Of a stretch of 64,000 bases of DNA, positions 61,279-64,000 are shown piece after piece (within the stretch, counting starts at the first letter, position 1; every line of letters begins with the position of its first letter). The position numbers were made by a program, and so were the translations under genes. The notes below the pieces were generated by a model. The model did not search any database, was not told where the DNA came from, and saw only the letters and a list, made by a program, of their open reading frames with translations. Source of the DNA: Vicugna vicugna (lineage: Eukaryota). The stretch is taken from contig MU058844.1 in the NCBI GenBank assembly GCA_013265495.1, forward strand, positions 12,422,184 through 12,486,183. Reading direction: 5' to 3'.

Positions 61279-62570
61279 TGAAAGCCAGGAAGAAGAGTTT
61301 GGATTTATCAGACGCATGGTAGAGAGCTATCATAGGTTCACTGGAGGAGACTGTGGCTACTTTAAGCAGGTGGAATTGGAAGTCGAGAAGGGCTCCCAGA
61401 TCAGGAGATCACAGAACAATCACAGTCTAAGCCATGTCCACTGAAGATGGAAAGAGATGAGGATCAGCGTAAGACTCACCAAAGTAGAAAGAGGCATCAC
61501 CAAGAGCCCCTGGGTCTCAGGTGATGGTGATCTTATTGGTGGAGACGGGGAGGTTGAAGGTGAAGGGCCAGAGAGCAGGGGGTGGGCGCTACAGTCAGTG
61601 CGGGCACGTGGTTTCACAGAGCTGAGTGACGGCGCCTACTCATCCAAGGAGCCTGTGGTTGGAGAGATTTACTCATCTCTGCAGGCCCATGCACTCCATT
61701 TACTCCCCACAGTGAGGGGACGAAACTGGGGGTAAAATCGCTCTCAGTGATTCCATCACAAAAGTTGAGAGAGATCCCTGACCTCTCTACTGATTCTCAA
61801 AGGACTCTTAAAGGATTTTCCTCATCCATTCCAGAAATATACTAAAAACAGAAACATGTTCTCTAGTATTTGGAAATGTTTCTATATAAAAGGCCCAGAC
61901 ATTGTTTATCTTGTATATTGATGGGACTTAATTTTGAACATGTGCTACATACAAATTCTGTAGTAATACAGAGCAGAATGCGACAGAATGACAGAAAATA
62001 ATTTTGTGGATAAATTGATTTCCTCACGCGCTGCCCACTTCATTTATCTCACAGTGGAGTTGAGACAAACTATATGTGTCCTTCAAATCGAAGTTTGGTT
62101 CAGTCTGTTATGAGCCAGGGCCTCTCATGGCGACTGGGTGTGAGGCCTGGCTGGGTGACCTTCTGCAGGTTGAGTAGCCTCAGAGCTTCAGTTTTCCTCC
62201 CAACTGGGGGGAGCAAGCGTTATCATAATAATTATGTAAAATCACTGCAACATTATGCCAGTCATTATAGCATCTCTGTGCCTGGGAAGGGGTACCTGCT
62301 GGGTGACATGACAATGGTTGGCTGTGGAAGAGGCCGAGGAGGAGCCAGTATTAGCCCACATCTGAGATCCCCCCACCCCATCCCTAACCACCCATTCAGA
62401 TCGCATGGTCGCCTCCCTCTGGGATTGGCTAATAGATGCTCAGGAGTGAGCTTTGCTGTTGGCCTGAGCTGTCTGCTCTCACCCCTGCCTTGGTACATCT
62501 CTAGGAAAGCAGAGAAGAGTTGGTAGAAGGTGGTAACTTGATGGGACCCCTTTTGTATCTTTTATTACAG

Positions 62571-63069
62571 GGGAGAAGCTCTTGCCAGTCAGAGAGTGAT
62601 GCCTCCATCAAGCTGCCTGGACACCTCCGCTCCTTTCCCCGGCCTCTCTGTTGACTCTGCATATCGTGTTAACCCTCTCGGCCACCACGTACTTTCTGTG
62701 GCTCCAATGGACATGCAGGCCTTCTCCGCACAGAATGGTGTCAGTGGACAAGGAGGGGTCCCCCTGGCTTCTGCGGCCTCGGATGCAGAGAGCTTGAAGC
62801 CGGCCCTGCTGGCCGGCCAGCCCTTGGTGTACGTGCCCTCCACCTCGCTGTTCATGCTGTGCGGGAGCCTACAGGAGGGACCGTCCCCGGGGCCGGGGGC
62901 AGAGAGGGACAGCAGAGGCCCAGAAGTCACAGCGGCAGAGCAGTCCACCCCACCCTCGGTTCAGAAGCGCCTCGGCGAGGAGAGGAAGCCCCAGGAGGAG
63001 GAGGAACCGGCCACGAAGAGACAAAGTAGGGACTGCGAGGACGGCCCCTTCTCCCTCGTCATGTCCAAG
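62571..63069 (+). CDS. E2F7: E2F7 exon 10 (aa 461-627); the gene continues beyond the window
   Basis: ttacag|(Q)[14 protein letters not shown]...[24 protein letters not shown]...[25 protein letters not shown]|gtaggg; 499 nt, phase 2-0. Confidence 0.94.
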
Positions 63070-63144
63070 GTAGGGGAGCTTGGGCGGATGTGCTCACGGA
63101 TGTCCATGAGCCCAGACTTCCTCCCTAAGAAACACACACAGGTA

Positions 63145-63909
63145 GACCAGTACGTCTCAGAAAGCAGAGGCACTGTCGTTACAGCTGTTTGGAGAGGGTC
63201 AGCAAGGCACACTTCATGGAACTCAGTCCATGAGTTAGGACCCTCCCTCCTCTGTTCCTTTCTCTTGCCAGAACGAATGTTTCTAATTCTGTATATAGCC
63301 TGGGGTCACAGAACAGAAGGGAAAGACTATAGCCCAGGACTTGCTCGCTCCAAAAATCCCACCATAAAGTAGTACTATAATAAAAGTGATTTTTATAAAA
63401 GTCACACTTTGCATGAAATGCTAAAAAAATATAAAGAAAAACAAAACAACCTATCCATAATCCCAGCAGAGAGGCAATCACGGTTAGCATGTTTGTATGT
63501 TCTTTCCCCGTCTTTATTGCTATACTTTTTTTTTTTAACATGTTGATGACATAGTCATGCTAATCCAGGGAGCACCTGAGTTCCAGAGTCAGGCATGCTG
63601 GTGCCATTTGAGAGCTCTCGGGTCTGCTCAGAGGGCCCGTTTCCCCAACCACGAAATAAAAAGAACAAAAATCTGGCTTTTCTGTGTCTCCGCTTAGTAG
63701 CCATTCGGAGGTTAATGAGACATGACCAGTAAAAGTCTCAGAAAGCAGCAGCACTGTCGTTACAGCCGTTTGGAGAGGGTCGGCAAGGCACACTTCATGG
63801 AACTCAGTCCATTAATTAGGACCCTTCCTCCTCTGTTCTTTTCTCTTGCCAGAATGAATGTTTCTAATTTTGTATATAGCCCAGGGTCACAGAACAGAAG
63901 GGAAAGACT
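63145..63909. repeat. Direct duplication of ~185 bp in intron 10 (63145-63328 and 63724-63909)
   Basis: Manual alignment: about 13 substitutions and one 2-nt indel (~92% identity). Confidence 0.95.
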
Positions 63910-63920
63910 GACTGGTATAC

Positions 63921-63954
<34 letters not shown>
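63921..63954. repeat. Compound (TA)n(TG)n microsatellite
   Basis: atatatatatatatatatgtgtgtgtgtgtgtgt. Confidence 0.95.
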
Positions 63955-64000
63955 CTCAAATAACCAAAACTCCTAAAAACCTGTAGCATCAAAGCCCTTT

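Noticed and set aside
1..64000. CRISPR array, operon, viral or other non-mammalian system
   Set aside because: No regularly spaced repeats, dense intronless ORFs or foreign-looking segment; everything fits a mammalian intron-exon locus with ordinary interspersed repeats

Overview
This is mammalian genomic DNA, very probably from a camelid, because it carries three tRNA-Ala-derived Vic-1-type SINEs. The first ~35.8 kb is gene-free and repeat-rich (L1, L2, MIR, MLT1 LTRs, MER/Tigger DNA elements), with a few unique AT-rich enhancer-like stretches. A CpG-island promoter at ~35.9-37.0 kb drives E2F7 on the + strand. The window holds a putative non-coding exon 1 and coding exons 2-10 (37444-63069; 1881 nt, 627 codons, all GT-AG, reading frame intact). 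The gene continues past the end of the window. I found no convincing new gene or multi-gene system. The most unusual structures are: a ~110-bp inverted duplication with a 46-bp perfect core at 27.7/28.3 kb; a 100-codon read-through of exon 10 ending just before an AATAAA; a ~185-bp duplication in intron 10 that carries an acceptor-like sequence; and inverted SINEs bracketing exons 3-9. Repeat subfamily names and comparisons with human E2F7 come from memory, not from a search. Repeat boundaries are approximate unless a target-site duplication (TSD) is given.
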